NCBI GenBank assembly: GCA_001179505.1 | Contig: CDMY01000850.1 | Location: 1-64,000 of the forward strand | Length of the DNA stretch: 64,000 nt | Direction: 5' to 3' | Origin: Vitrella brassicaformis CCMP3155 | Taxonomy: Eukaryota; Protista; Chromerida | In this document: one piece after another, positions 12,194 to 25,200 of the stretch | Layout: each line of letters opens with the position of its first letter | How positions within the stretch are numbered: the first letter of the stretch is position 1 | Program-made: the position numbers and the translations under genes | The notes under the pieces: generated by a model | What the model saw: only the letters and a program-made list of their open reading frames with translations | What the model was told of the DNA's origin: nothing | Database searches by the model: none

Positions 12194-14009
12194 AGCCAGT
12201 GGCTATAGGGCTATAGGGGAGGGAGTGAGAGAGGGAGAGCGGGGGCGGAGAGAGAGGGGGGACGGATGGAGGCAGCGGCAGCATGTGTGTGGGGGGAGGG
12301 TGGTGTGTAGTGTAGTCAAGGCGGTGTTCGATAGGCGAAAAGGGGAGTGAGTGTTTCGAGGGAGGCAGACCCCCATCTGTGTGTGTGGCGTGGCGAAGGG
12401 TGGGATGGGATGGGTGTCCGTGTGCGAACGAAGCGGTCAGTCAGTCAGTCAGCTGCCTGCTGACTGATCAAGGGAGTGAATGTGTGTGTGTGGTTGGGTG
12501 GCCAGGCTGAGTGAGGCTGAGTGTGTGGCTAACTCCCCTACCAGGCAGATGATGTTGTATTGTATGTCACTCACGAATGGCTTCGTTGCTTTTGGTTGAT
12601 CACGGTTCGAGGAACGCCGCGTGTGCAGAGGAGGGAGGGAGAGGACATCGATGCAGCAGGTCGCTCGGGTGAGTGATGCGTGTCTGTGGATACACGAGGA
12701 CAGGGAGGCCGGGAGGCCGGGGAGGGAGGGAGAGAGAGAGAGGGAAGAGAGAGTGGCGCGCTCACCATTTTTGTTCCCTCCCTCATGTCTGTCCTGCATA
12801 CCGATGGATGGATGGCATGGACGATGTGTGTACCATACATAGCTATGCATAGAGGATACAGTCAGTGGTGTTTGTGTGTAATCGGATCAATCGATGGGGG
12901 CGGGGCGGCCCAGGGGTCTCTCCCCTTTTTGTTTTGGACGGAAGAGCCCAGCCCGTGTTGGCTGCCTGCCTGCCTGATGTTTGTCTGTCTATGTGTGTGT
13001 GTGTATGTGCATATTATTATGCGTGGCGTGTGTGTTGTGTGTGCGGCCGTCTGTCTGTCTGTCTGTCTGTTATGTAAGATAGAGCTAACCTGCATAGCCA
13101 CGCACGCAGACACACACGCTCTTTCCCCTCAATTGGTATGTGTGTGTGTGTTTCTCTGTCTCTGTCTCTGTATGTCTGGGAGTGAGGTCATCTCATGCAT
13201 CGATTGCAATGGGGGGGCACACACAGAGAGGAGGGCATAGGGCAAAGCAAAGGGGGAAGGAAGGAGAGTTTGTGGAGGGTGTGGTGTGGTGTGGTGTGGC
13301 GTCCGCCAGTCAGCCCGCCAGCCAGACTGAGTCAGTCAGCTGTCTGTGTATATGTGACGTCATGTGGTGTGCCTGCTGTCCTGTCCAGAGAATGACAAGG
13401 ACCAGGAGAGGCACACGGCCGTGGCTGAGGGAGTGTGGGAGGGAGAGAGTGAGTGAAAGAGTGTGGGTCAGTCAGTCAGTCGTTCACTCCCAGAAAGGCA
13501 GGCAGTCAGGCGGGCCGGAGGTTTTAATTTGCATCGAGTGACTGAGCGGTTGGGTGAGCGCGGTGTCACGCTTGGCGTGTATGTCTTATACACGTCTGTC
13601 TGTCTGTCTGAATAGCAACTCCGATGGATGGATGGAAAAGATGAATGAGCCACGATTATTACAAAAAGGCTGTCCTGCTTCTGACAGTGTTGCTGTCATC
13701 CTGCTGGTGATAGGCTCGTAAAAGGAATTCCTCGGATTGCGAGCTGTCCTTTCTCCGACCCCCCCTTTCCCCCCCTTCCTTTTGACTCAATGAGGCACTC
13801 GGCTCCTGGAGAAGCCCCAGCTGCGGTCTGATTGCTTCTTCTGACACGTCTTTTGTCGTCGTCCGGTGGGGTAGCGTGACGCGCCGTCGCGCTGAGCGCC
13901 GTCCGCCATCATTCGTTTCCCTTTTTCTCTCCCGAAGCGTCCGCAACCGCCTCGTGCGCCCTTGCCCGCCAATCATCAGCGAGAGGCAGCAGGGGCCGAG
14001 AGAACTGAC

Positions 14010-17000
14010 ATGGGCGCCTGCTGCAGCAGCCAAGGGGCGCAGCAAAAGGCGACAGCCAAGAGGACAGCAGGTGCAGCAACTGGAGGACCAGCAGGAGCAG
14101 GGGCAGCAGCAGCAGCACCAGCAGCAGCAGCAGGAGGGCCACCGTCGAGGCCAGACGACTTGTCACCTCCCAGCGAAGTGAGGGACATCGAGAGCAGCGC
14201 GACGGCCAGCCGAGGGGGGACAAGGAAGCCGCCACAGGAAGGCCGGTCGGCGAGGCCACTCGAGTCTGCTCCGCTGCCCGCCAGTGCCCTGCCGGTATCT
14301 CGGCTGCCTGTCCCGAGCCCGGACATGAATCTGTCTGAGGAGAATGGAGCCTCCAAGAGGGGCGGTGACGATGCAGAGGAGGACCCCTCTATCTTCCTCG
14401 AGTTCTCCCCGCGCAACGCCAGCAACCGCATCGATGTCTTCACACACCCCGAGAAGCCGGCGCCGCTCAGCGACCAGGACAAGGAGAGGATGGTCAACCA
14501 GCTCATCAACATCACCCACCTCGATCGCGGCGAGGCGCTGAGTGCCCTCGAGTCGTGCAATTTCGACATCGACGAGGCAGTGGGGTTCGCCCTCGCCGCG
14601 GGGGCATCGCCCGCAATGGCCGGCGCCTCGCGGTCCGAGCTGGCCAAGCGGCAGAACCAGATTCTCCCCTCCCACCTGAAGCGTTCGCAGACGGTGTCTG
14701 AGATTCTTCTCGAGTCGTCGATAGTGGGCCAGTATGTGATGCTGCCGTGGAACGAGGCGGACGCCGACATCCGCCACAACTTCTACTACGAGCAGGCGGC
14801 GAGTGACGAGAGGCGGCGGGGGGCGCGGCTGCCCAACAGCGAGCTGTTCACCGACCCGGAGGGGCAGATCACTCTGTCGACGCGGCAGCAGCAGCGGTTC
14901 CACGAATGGCGCCGTGTGCGGAACGCCATCAACGAGCCCGTGATTGTGCTGGACCGGCCGTCGAGCCAGTGCATCCGTCAGGGCTTCGTGGGCGACTGCA
15001 GCTTCCTGTCGTCCTTGTCGGTGCTGGCCGAGTTCGAGAACAAGTCGTCCATTCCGGTGCTGACGGGCCTCCTCTACCCCCAGGTGTCCCACAGCGACGC
15101 CAACCGCATCCTGCCGGTCATCAACCCCAAGGGCATGTACGCCTGCCGCCTCTACTTCAACGGAGTGCCGCGCCGGGTGGTCATCGACGACCACGTGCCG
15201 GTCCGGCGGGACGGCAAGCTGCTGGCGGCCCACTCGTCCAACAAGCGGGAGGTGTGGGTGACTCTGCTGGAGAAGGCCTTCGTCAAGATGATGGGCGGCT
15301 CCTACTTCATGCAGGGCAGCAACCCCGGATCAGACCTCTACCACCTCACTGGGTGGATCCCCGAGACCATCCCCTTCAAGGCCGACGTGCACATCGAGGG
15401 CGAGGACCCCCAGCCCCACCCACACCCACACCAGCACCAGCACCAGCACGCCGACCAGTCGATAGCGGCCACCAACGGCCACGGGGGGGTGGGCACCAAC
15501 GGGGGCGGGTACAACTTCAGCAGCGGGGAGCGGATCGACGGGCGGAGCCCCAAGTGGCTGCGTGTGTGGGGGGAGCTGTCGAGTGGGCTGGCGGAGATGC
15601 GCTGCGTGGCCTGCCTGGGCACCAGCGATGTCGAGGACGCCGCGCCCTCGGGTCTCGACTACCCTGAAGGAGTCTCCATCTCCTCAGGTGACCTGAGGCA
15701 CACAGGGCTCGGCACGCTCAGTCACTTATAGAGACACCGACACACCGCCGCGCACACATGCGCTGCGTTCTGTTTGTTGCATCACTCACTCAGGTATCGT
15801 GGCTCGTCACGCGTATTCGGTGTTGGGTTGCCGTGAGGTGGGGGGCCATCGGCTGCTGTACGTCAAGAATCCGTGGGGCTGCATACGGTGGAAGGGCAAG
15901 TTTGCTCCGGGCGACAACATCAGCTGGACACCGCAGATGAGGAGGGCACTCGACTATGACCCTGAAACACAGGTGAGGTGAGGTGGGTCGGGAGAGAGAG
16001 ATAGAGAGACGCGTCGAGCCATGCCATGTGTGTGTGGGGGNNNNNNNNNNNNNNNNNNNNNNNNNNNNNNNNNNNNNNNNNNNNNNNNNNNNNNNNNNNN
16101 NNNNNNNNNNNNNNNNNNNNNNNNNNNNNNNNNNNNNNNNNNNNNNNNNNNNNNNNNNNNNNNNNNNNNNNNNNNNNNNNNNNNNNNNNNNNNNNNNNNN
16201 NNNNNNNNNNNNNNNNNNNNNNNNNNNNNNNNNNNNNNNNNNNNNNNNNNNNNNNNNNNNNNNNNNNNNNNNNNNNNNNNNNNNNNNNNNNNNNNNNNNN
16301 NNNNNNNNNNNNNNNNNNNNNNNNNNNNNNNNNNNNNNNNGGGGGGGGGGGGGGGGGGCTGAGTGAGCGAGTGTCTGTCTGTCTCTTATTTACCCATTTG
16401 TGTATGTGTGTGCGTGTGTGTCATGTGTGTCGTGTGTGCTGCAGGCGTCGTATGACAACGGGTGTTTTTGGATAGAGTGGAACGACATCGTGCAGTGGTT
16501 CTCGCACCTCTACATCTGCTGGAATGCCACCTGTTTCCCCTACCAGTCGGAAGCACACAGCCGGTACCCCACACCACAACACACCACACCACACCCCTCC
16601 AACGATCCACACACGCCTCTCCTGCTCCCCTCTCTCCCTCTATCGTATCAGTTGGGACCGTTCGTCGCACCTGGCTCAGTCCTGCCTGGCCGACGACTCC
16701 CACCTGGTGGCCTTCAACCCCCAATTCCACCTCCGCATCCACCCCCCGTCCATCGACCCCAACCGCCGCAGGCCCCCCCCAGACAGCCGCCCCTCAGACG
16801 CCCCACACAGCACCAACACAGGGGGTGGGCAGGACAACAGCAGCAGCAGCAGCAGGGAGGATTTCTTCAGCGAGGAGGTGGAGGTGTGGATCTTGCTGAG
16901 CCGCCATGTGCGAGAGCGGAAGAAGGCCTTGTCCCAGAAGTACCTGGCGGTTCACGTGCACACGGGGAGCGAGCGGGTGACGTGCCCGCCGCCGCCGGCC

Positions 17001-18581
17001 AAGCAGGGGGTGTACTCGAACGGTGAGTGCAGCCTGGTCAAGCTCAGGTGCCTCGGCAACAGTGAACACAGCCTCAAGACCCTCGACTACGTCCTCGTCG
17101 TCTCACAGTACTCACAGAAGGTGGGATGGGTGACCATCCCCTCTCCACATACACAGATACACATTTACCCCTCCACACACGACGAACGGCTGCTCTGTGT
17201 GTGTGTGTGTGTGTCGACAACAATACTCAGGAGGACTTTAACTTCACGCTGAAGAGTTACAGCCACGTGCACACGACGCTTCAGGAGCTGCCGCCGATGA
17301 TTCCCGACTCGTGGCGCAGCCAGTACATCACTGGCGAGTGGGTCAAGGAGACGGCCGGGGGCTGCAGCAACGACCTCTGGAAGTACTTCATGAATCCACA
17401 CTACCGCATACACATGCCCGAGGCCGCAGAGGTCGTCATCTTCCTCGAGTGCCCTGTGGTATGTATGTATGTATGCATACGGCGGTCACCACACCACACC
17501 ACACGAGTCGAGACGCACGCAGGTATGCAGTGAATGGCGTGTGATGGTGTGTGTGTGTGTGTGTGTGTGCAGGAGCACTCTGTCAACGTGCGCATCTTCC
17601 GCAGCGCATTTGCGTCGCCCCGTCTGCTGCGCACGGGCAAGGCGCTGTCGTCAGGCCCATATCGGGCTGGCTGCTGCACCGTCAAGGAGAAACTCGAGGT
17701 CACCATCGACACACATCGACACACACGATTGTCACGCCACTCTATACGTCTCTCTCCCTCTCTGTGTATGTGTATGTGTATGTGTATGTGTGTGCAGAAG
17801 GGTTTGCATACGATAGTGTTGTCGACATTCCGTCACGGCGAGACGGGCGCATACCAGCTGTGTGTGCACTCGCCCTACTTCCCCGGCCGGCTGTTCCCCC
17901 TGCCCGTCGTCACGCCCCTCCCCTGGCCGCACGTGTGCCCCCCGCCGCCGCCCATCGAGTACGTCACATTTGTGTACCCGGACACCGGCGGGGGCGCGGG
18001 GGGCGCCGCCACATTTAGGCAGAGATACGCTATCAGGACCACACAAACTACTCTGGTATGTCTGTTGGATTGGGTTGGGGGGATTGGCACGCCACTGTGG
18101 CGTGTGAGAGGCTCGATGGATGTCTTGCTGGCTCTCTCTCTGCATGTCTTCAGGTGAGTTTGCGTCTGCAAGTGGTGGAGCTGAGTCCGCCCGACGCGAT
18201 GCCGTCCATGGTGCTGTCCAAGCAGCGGGGCGGACCGTCGGGCCCCGGCTCCCTGGTCACCATCAAAAAGAGTGACCTTGAGGGCGGGCTATCTGACGAC
18301 GGACGCACCACTTCATCCGCCGCCACCAACCTGTACCAGGAGCAGGTCTGTGAGACAGGCAGGGAGAGAGCGACAGACGACACCCACACAGACTTACGAG
18401 ACGATTGCTTATGTGTGCTGTGCAGCGTGTGGTGACGTTGACGCTTGCCGAGTTGGAGCCGACGCGTGACGACAGCACGGTGGTCCTCGATGTGGGGTCG
18501 ACACTGGGCGAGGCGGCCGTGGGCTCCTTCGTCCTCTACATCTACACGGACGTGCCAGTTAACGCATCGCCCGTCAAGTGA
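14010..18581 (+). CDS. Calpain-7/PalB-like cysteine protease with N-terminal acylation motif and UBA-like domain, multi-exon
   Basis: IRQGFVGDCSFLSSL (catalytic Cys ~14997), LLEKAF.K, GSN.G.DLYHLTGWIPE, RHAYSVLG (His), YVKNPWG (Asn). Calpain-III-like exons follow (WVKETAGGCSND...FMNPHY). N-terminus MGACCSS; UBA-like VNQLINITHLDRGEALSALESCNFDIDEAVGF. Confidence 0.92.
16041..16340. other. Assembly gap (300 N) in a calpain intron
   Basis: N run flanked by G runs. Confidence 0.99.
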
Positions 18582-18731
18582 CTGAGGGAGGACTGATCGC
18601 TGGCTGGGGCGGGCGTGATTGAGCAAGTGGGGTGGCATGGCATGGTGTGGTGTAGTGTGCTCTGGTGTGGTGGGGTGGGGTCAGATTGCATTATTGCATT
18701 TGCGTCGCATTGCGCTGCGTTGCGTGAAGCG

Positions 18732-18766
<35 letters not shown>

Positions 18767-19568
18767 GTGGAAATACCTCGTATCGAGTCTTGTTGGTTGG
18801 TTGATTGGTTTGTCGGTGGATCGATCAAGTCAGTCAGTCCGCCGTTGGTTGGTTTGGTCATTGTTTGTTTGGCGGCTGTTGGAAGCTGTTGGTTGGCTGT
18901 TGGCTGGTGCGCAATTGATTCATCATCAGAATGAGCACACACATCAATCACATCCCCCCGTTGATTGATCCCTTGCGGGTTGCTCCCATCGTAGTCTGAT
19001 TATTGCCTGCCTGCCTGCCTGGCTGGCTGGCCGGCTGGCTGGCTAATCGATCCCGATCCCCTGCCTGCTGTCATCTTTCGTTGGTTGCTTCCTTGCTCCC
19101 TGTCGTCTGCCTGCCTGCCTGCCTGCCTGCCTAGGTCTCGCACTCACCGTGTTTACTTGTAGATACGCTGCTGTGGTGATGAAGAGAAGGCGGTGGTTGG
19201 CGGCGGAGTCTTTGTGTGTCGCCTGGCCTGGTGGATGGACCGGACCTCTGTGCCTGACTGACTCCCTCCCACCCAGTTTGCCTGTCTCTGCTGAATGAAT
19301 GATGGTTTCAACCCCCATGCAGTAAGTTAATCTGATAGAGTGCGCCATTCAGCTGACTGGGTTGCTTGTTCAGCGAGTGCATCATAAACCCATCCAGTCA
19401 TAGCGGGCGTCGTCAACGCACCAATGCTCACACACATCCATCCATCCATCAGGCTGTACAGGACACACAGACAAGACAGTCAATGCTAAATGAATGAACC
19501 ACCAAAGAGAGAGAGACCCATCCCATCCCAAATGCTGACATGTACACAGTGTCACCGTCATCCTCTGA

Positions 19569-19793
19569 TCACCCTCCCGTCCCCTCGACAGCCCTTGCTT
19601 GCCTCCTCCTCTCGTCGGCCATCCTTTTGACTTCACGCAGGGCCCTCTTCTGCGCCATGACCTCCTCCGCCAGGTCGGGCTCGTCCAGATCTGGCCGCAT
19701 GTAGAAGTGGACCACAAGACCGCCGGCGATAAACGGAACCGTGCACGCGCCGAACAGCTTCACAAAGTCCCTCATGGGCATCCCAAACGGCAT
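19569..19793 (-). CDS. BRAWNIN/UQCC6 (DUF4516)-like mitochondrial microprotein, 74 aa
   Basis: MPFGMPMRDFVKLFGACTVPFIAGGLVVHFYMRPDLDEP aligns by eye with recalled human BRAWNIN MPAGVPMSTYLKMFAASLLAMCAGAEVVHRYYRPDLTIP (MPxG, K-F, AG..VVH...RPDL..P); single TM helix. Confidence 0.75.
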   Translation of the reverse strand: MPFGMPMRDFVKLFGACTVPFIAGGLVVHFYMRPDLDEPDLAEEVMAQKRALREVKRMADERRRQARAVEGTGG

Positions 19794-20050
19794 CCTGCCT
19801 TTTTCTGCTGCTCTGCTCACAGCCTTCTGCACGACTTCTCGGTGATGCGATCGGCGACTTCTTCACAGATCCATGGAATGCAGAAGACGGACAGTGCTGA
19901 GGCAGAGGAGAATGCGGAGGCAGGAGCAGATCGACGGCAGCAGCGGTTTCAGATCGACAAGTGCGAGCTTGGAAAGGAAAGGGCTCAAAGGGCCCGCTGC
20001 AGATCTCAGTCCATTCGCGTCGGGATTTGGTCGGCAAGACAGTTCTGTGC

Positions 20051-21479
20051 ATGATGCTGCTCCCTGTGCACGGCCCATCTCTGCTGCTACTCATCCTTTC
20101 AGCCGTCTGCACCAGCGTCGCCTCATCTCTCATCTCGAGGAGCCATGCTGCCCCGCGGCGGCCCGCCTTCATCGCATCTCCACCCTTCATGCCATCGACA
20201 CGACGTGGCGCATTCAGACACACACCACGATCACCATCAGCGCTAGAGGCGACGCGCACGGCCACGCCCCCCACCGACTTAGAGCTCAAGAAGAGCCAGC
20301 TGAAGGAGGTCATTGCCCGCGAGTACGCGTCGATGTTTGACCCGATGGAGAGGCAGTTCTACACACCACAGGTGGAGTTCATCGACCCGCTCAACAGCTT
20401 CAAGGGCGTCGACAAGTACCAGGGCAACGTCGACTTGCTCGGCGGGCGGAGTTTGTTGGGCAGGGTGGTGTTTCGTGACGCCTACATCCACCTGTACACC
20501 TTCACAGACCTGGACGAGTACCGCTTTGAGACGAGGTGGACGCTGGGGCTCACCATGAAGGTCCTGCCGTGGCAGCCAGAGGCCGTCTTCACAGGTAGGT
20601 CAGTCCATCCAGAACAGGAGGGAGCAGAAGACAGGACAGCTGACGCAGCGTCGTTCTCATGTGCTTCCTTGGCGCCTTTCAGGCATATCTCGGTATACCA
20701 TCGACGACGAGGCCCGTGTGGTGCAGCAGAAAGACTTCTGGGACAGCGTCAACCTCGAGAGTGGCGTCTATGAGGAAAAGCCCCGCACTCTCGGCATCGC
20801 TGACCTCATCATGCAGCTGCGGCCACAGCCAGACCCCCTCAAGGCATCTGCACGGGAAGCGCCCAGCGAGCTGCTGCGGCGTGCCAAGACCTACCAGGTG
20901 CGTAAGTACGGGGCCCTCAAGGGGCTGTCAACCACGGCACTGACGGGCGCCGAGGGCAACCTCACCCCCGAGCGCGTCATCCACGCGGAGGAGAAGATCG
21001 AGGGCTATGCCGCCGCCGCCAATGCCGCCAGGGGCAGGGCGGAATTTGTCCCCTGCCTGCCCTACATCGTCAAGTACGAGCTGGACGGCGGCGACGCGCT
21101 GCTGGGAAGGGCGTCGCTGGCGACGGCAGGCACCAAGTGTGAGATCTTCGGTCCCATCCGTGGGCCGGGCCCCGACTGGATGCCCATCCTCCCCAAACCC
21201 ACCGACCCCACCCTGGGGCTGTCGTCCAGCGGCTCGTCCATCCTGGCCTCTGCTGTGGTGAATGACCCAGGCAACTGCCGCGACATCGAGACGAGCATGC
21301 AGAAGCTGGTGGGTGACCTGCAGAAGGACGGGCTGCTGCCGAGGGACGAGGGGGAGCTGTGTGAGTGCGTGCCTCGAGTGTTTGTGACGCGGGGGATGAA
21401 GCTGAGTCGGCTGAGGCACGATGAGGTGTGGATACCCCTCCCACCTGGCACACACCCCTGGCAGGCACTGGAAGAGTGA
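20051..21479 (+). CDS. Plastid-targeted DUF2358 (SnoaL/NTF2-like) plus SOUL haem-binding-like protein; intron 20595-20682
   Basis: Signal and transit leader. DUF2358-type VEFIDPLNSFKGVDKYQGN...ETRWTL...LPWQPEAVFTG|ISRY...QKDFWDSV, then a SOUL-like region ELLRR..YQVRKY...LPKPTDP...HDEVWIPL. Splice restores TGIS. Confidence 0.75.
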
Positions 21480-22250
21480 GTGAAGAAACAGACAGGGGCC
21501 GCGTAGGGGAGGCTGGGGGCGGTGAGTGCCGTGCCTGTTCGAGAGAGTGGTCGGGCGAATGCAGCACAGGCAGCTCAGGAAGGAATGACTAGTAGGGTGA
21601 CCAGTTTATGGTGTACGTGTTGTGTGAGTGTGTGCGTGAGTGTGGACGCGATGTGATGCGTGGATTGGATGCATTGATTGCAATGCAATGCAAGTGCGTC
21701 CGTCCGGGCCGTGCGGAGGAGGAGGGAGATTTTGTCTCATCGAGTGTACAGAAAGAAAGCCTGAGGGAGCGAGGGAGGGATCTGTCCAACTGACCGAGGC
21801 AATCAGATCAGATTCCTCCGCCCGTCTGCCTGCCTGTCTGTCTGTCTGCTTGCATGTGTGTGGATTTCTCGTTTGTGTGCGTGCTGTGAGTAGAGAGGGC
21901 GTCATACAATACATGCGTGTGTGTGTGTGTTGACCTGCCCCATGGACTGGAGGTGTCTGAATGTGTCAGTCAGAATATATAAGCCAACTGGCTGTTTACA
22001 CAGAGAGAGACAGAGGGATGTCTGTCTGTCTGTCTTCCTACGAAAAAAAGGCGTGTGTGTGTGTGTGTGTTGAGTCAAATGTACACTGACACACACACAC
22101 ACACACGTGAACACGAGCCCTCCCACTCCCCATCCCCCGTTGTCCCGATCGATTACACACACATCGAGCGCTCGGGAGAAAAATACGTTGGTACGTCTCT
22201 CGGTCGGTCTGTCTCGCTGCGATCCGATCCATCCATCCATCCCCGCATCA

Positions 22251-25200
22251 TCAGACACCAGGCACCGAGGGTCCCTCACTCACACTCTGCTCTTCCCCCT
22301 CTGTATCTGCCTCCCCCTCCAGTGCCTTGTCCTTGCCCCCCTTGGCCCTTGGGTCAGGGGTGTAGTCGACATCTCGCACCGTGGCAGCCGTCGGTCTCTC
22401 GGGGCTGCCCATCTCAGCTGCAGGCTGCTTCTCAGGGGACGATGGTGTAGGGGACTCCGGGGATGCGCCGTCATGGTCAGCCGGGGGCGGCTGGTCGGGG
22501 CTTGATGTGGCTGAGCCGGTGGCACCGCCGCTACCGCTGCTGCTGTCACTCTGGCCGATGATGGACGAGCCGCTCGGGGGCGGCTTGACCACCATCTTGC
22601 CGTCGGGCGTAAATTCTACCCACATGTCATCGTCGTCGTCCTCTGCATCATCACTGGGGCGCGGCAAGGCGGCAACTGGTTCGGGGTGGTCCGATCGCTT
22701 GGCCTCGGTCGCGAAGAATGCCCTGCGTGAAGGAAGGGTGGGGGAGAGGAGAAACAGAGACAGGGATGGATGGATGGTGTGGTGTGGTTCGGTTAGCTTA
22801 GGTTACGCACTTGAATTTGCGTTTCTCCTTGGCCTCCTCGTCCGCCTGGATCTTCTTGACCTCACGGAGCAGCTTACTGCATGGCATTGCATCCAGCGCA
22901 CACAAACGAAACAGAGAGAGAGATGCATGGATGGATGGATGCATGGATGGATGGTGGATGTCTTCACTGTTTTGCCTCGCCTGACCTACCTGAGTTGTGT
23001 GTCGTTCGGTGTGACGTCGAGTGCTCTGATGACGTCCTTCTTGGCCTCATCGAAGTCCTTGGACTCCAAATGGGCGCGCGCACGGCGGTAGAGGGCCTTG
23101 ACCAGGTGGGGGTCCACGGCCAGCACCTCCGTGCACCGGCGGATCGTCATGCCGTAGTGCCCCAACTCCAAATGACACGCCGCCTGCACCCACACACACA
23201 TGGGGTGGCGTGATGGGCTGGCCTGGGCTGGTGTGCCTTCATGGTGCGTCGACGCACCTCATTGAGTTTGCAGAGGGTAGTCAGGCGTTTCCTCTCCTGT
23301 TCGATCGCACGGTTGGGCGCCACGAAGGAGAGGACCCCCGTCGCCCGCGTGTAGTGTCGCACGGCGTCCTCACACTGCCCCGACCGGAACGACGTGTTGC
23401 CCTGCTGCTTGCACTTCTCACCCCTGCAGCCAACACACCAACACACATACGCTGTATGTGTCCGCTTTTCGGTCCTCGTCGCTTACTCTTCGAGCCGCTG
23501 TCTGGCCTCGTCTGTGGTGACGATGGCCGGCGCTGCCTCGCGGCGGGCTGTCAGGTTGATCGTCTCTGCTGGCTCACTGAACGAAGGAAGGACACAGACA
23601 ATGGAGTGGGTCACATGCTTGTGTAAGGGGGTTCGATCTCCACTTGACGTACGTGTCTTCCTCGATGATCTCTGCGTCGTATTTGCCGGAGGGCGGCACC
23701 TGGCCCAGCTGCCGCTGGTGAATCGTCTCGCCAACTGACCAGATCTTGATGTCGTCATCGATGCCTGACACACAAATGCATTCACGCGTGTGGACGCGTG
23801 TGTGTGCGAGAGTGTGTGTGTGTGCGAGAGTGTGTGTGTGTGTGAGTGTGTCGGTGTGTGCCTTGACCTCACCTGAGGATGCGAGTAGTGGTAGGGATGG
23901 GTGTGGTGCGATGGAGTTGACGATGACGCGGTCGCTCTTCATCTTGCGCAGCAGGCGGCCCGTCTTCTTGTCCCAGATGAAGATGTGACCGCAGTCGCCA
24001 CCCGTCGCCACGTAGCCCTCGTCGCAGAATATGAAACGAGCCTGTCGGTTTATATATTTGTGGCAATGAATCGAATGCATTACAGGTGCTGTGTTGTGTT
24101 GTGTTGGTCTGTGTGCTGTGGTGACCTCTCACCTCCTTTGCAAATGTTTCGCTGTTGAGCCGACCCTTGTAGCTCTGCACCACCTGCACACACACGCATT
24201 GCATTGCATTGCATTGCATTGCCGCCCAGAAAGACAACCGCAAACGCATCCATGTGTGTGTGGTTGTGTCATGTGGGTCACTTGTGAGCAGAGTTCGATC
24301 TCCCTGACAGTAATGGCGGTGTACGTCCGCGTGTCAAACATGCAGATGTCGCCAGGACTGCACATACACACACACATCAGACATTCAAATCGCCCATTGT
24401 GTTGTGTGTTGGTGTGGATCCACAACGCACCGGTAGTTGACGAGCAGTTCTCCCTTGGTGGACCAGTCGACGTCACTCACACCAACGGGCTCGCCGCGGA
24501 TGGTTCGACGAACAGTGTCCCTGCACTCACACACGCATGCTCAACACACGTACAAACGAAACATCTGAGCAATCATGCATGTCAATCGGTGGGGGCTGCA
24601 CAGACTTGATGCCGTATTCGCTCTCGGTGAGTTCCTTGGGCGCGCCCCAACGCTGCAGAGGCGTCTCGCTGACACACACAAACACACAGAGAGAGAGGGA
24701 TGAAAGGACCCACTTAGGGATGGCTGTGTGTGCACGGTGTGTCTGTACTTGTCCTTGCGGAGGTCATAGATGCGAACTATGGGATCGTTGCTGCCGACGG
24801 CGAACAGATGGGGATTGGATGGACTCACACGGACAGCGTTGCAGGCTATGTCTGCACACACAACAAAGGAGAGTGCTGTGTGGTGTTTTGTGGTGTGGTG
24901 TGGTGCGGTGTGGTACAAACCTCCGTTTGGTCCGTCGATGGTTTCGTTGAGACGGACGGCCACGGTACTCTTGTCAGTGCGCAGGTCGAACAAACGCACA
25001 TGAAACGGCTGACCGACCAGCACACAGCACGCAAGACATACACTCACTACACAGCTGACTGAGGTGAGGCGAGGAGAGAGGAGGCTAAGAGAAGACCGTC
25101 CGTCTGTGTGTGTGTAGTGCACCCACCTGTACAGTGCATAGGAAGAGGTTTCTGTCGTCGGGTAAGAAGTCGATCTTGACGGACATCGGCCCGGCGCCCC

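Noticed and set aside
14163-15233. 356-aa minus-strand ORF (similarly 60277-61308 + and 10858-11760 -)
   Set aside because: Antisense shadows of GC-rich real CDSs (calpain, ARP4, plastid protein) with no recognisable motifs.
6295-21479. Possible plastid isoprenoid/haem gene cluster (DXS, plastid unknown, SOUL)
   Set aside because: Interrupted by unrelated calpain and mitochondrial genes; only the DXS divergent pair is kept as a finding.
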